Shown piece by piece: positions 62,916-63,038 of a DNA stretch of 63,038 nucleotides. Numbering within the stretch: position 1 is the first letter of the stretch; each line of letters begins with the position of its first letter. Both the position numbers and the translations under genes were made by a program. A model generated the notes under the pieces. It saw nothing but the letters and a program-made list of their open reading frames with translations, ran no database searches and was not told the origin of the DNA. Origin of the DNA: Candidatus Buchananbacteria bacterium (GTDB taxonomy: Bacteria > Patescibacteriota > Patescibacteriia > 2-01-FULL-39-33); assembly GCA_041666945.1 (NCBI GenBank), contig JBAYFY010000005.1:1-63038 (forward strand), written 5' to 3'.

Positions 62916-63038
62916 TTTATTGGCTAGTGAGCGAGCGAACCAGCGCTTCAAAGCGCTGGATTCCGAGCGAGCGACGCCAATATAGTCAAATACTGCTCGG
63001 CTTGCCGAGCTGTTAGTACGCAAGTTCCACTATTACCC

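Noticed and set aside
62916-63038. Possible RNA gene or repeat at the right edge (gagcgagcga direct repeats flanking a ccagcgc/gcgctgg hairpin)
   Set aside because: I could not match it to 5S, 23S or tRNA features, and it is cut by the window end. It is left unannotated.

Overview
This 63-kb chromosomal segment looks like it comes from a small-genome, Patescibacteria/CPR-type bacterium. That placement is an inference from gene content and style and cannot be verified here.

Core genes:
- The 5' ~370 nt of a 16S rRNA gene lie on the minus strand and run off the left edge.
- trmD and a KH-domain gene, a tandem-duplicated PilB/GspE ATPase, and tsaD-tsaE-panD follow.
- The replication-origin neighbourhood reads dnaN-dnaA, then DnaA boxes, then rpmH-rnpA-yidD-yidC.
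- A class A PBP, ruvC-yebC, gyrA, guaB, rpsP, a CCA-adding enzyme and an RluA-family pseudouridine synthase complete the core set.

RNA genes: six tRNA genes were read by hand (Glu-UUC, Arg-CCU, Ala-GGC, Asp-GUC, Val-GAC, Ile-UAU), plus a broken tRNA-Ile copy.

Accessory regions:
- 30.7-38.5 kb, after tRNA-Arg, holds an iteron-rich AT-rich stretch and phage-like genes.
- 39.3-59.7 kb, from tRNA-Asp to tRNA-Ile, is a ~20-kb tract of mostly orphan genes, mainly minus-strand between 41 and 54 kb. It is punctuated by several conserved intergenic repeat families.

Most interesting observations:
1. A compact four-gene operon at 55.1-58.4 kb next to tRNA-Val encodes an E2-like protein, a JAMM peptidase, a minimal E1 and a ThiS-like ubiquitin-like protein. 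It resembles Bil/6E-type bacterial ubiquitin-like conjugation cassettes but has unusual parts.
2. A ~165-nt structured-RNA-like element occurs in two full copies whose differences are compensatory, always just after a tRNA-type terminator.
3. A ~45-nt repeat marks the boundaries of the accessory cassettes.

I recognised no CRISPR array, transposase or integrase. Hand-derived coordinates for RNA, repeat and regulatory features may be off by 1-2 nt.
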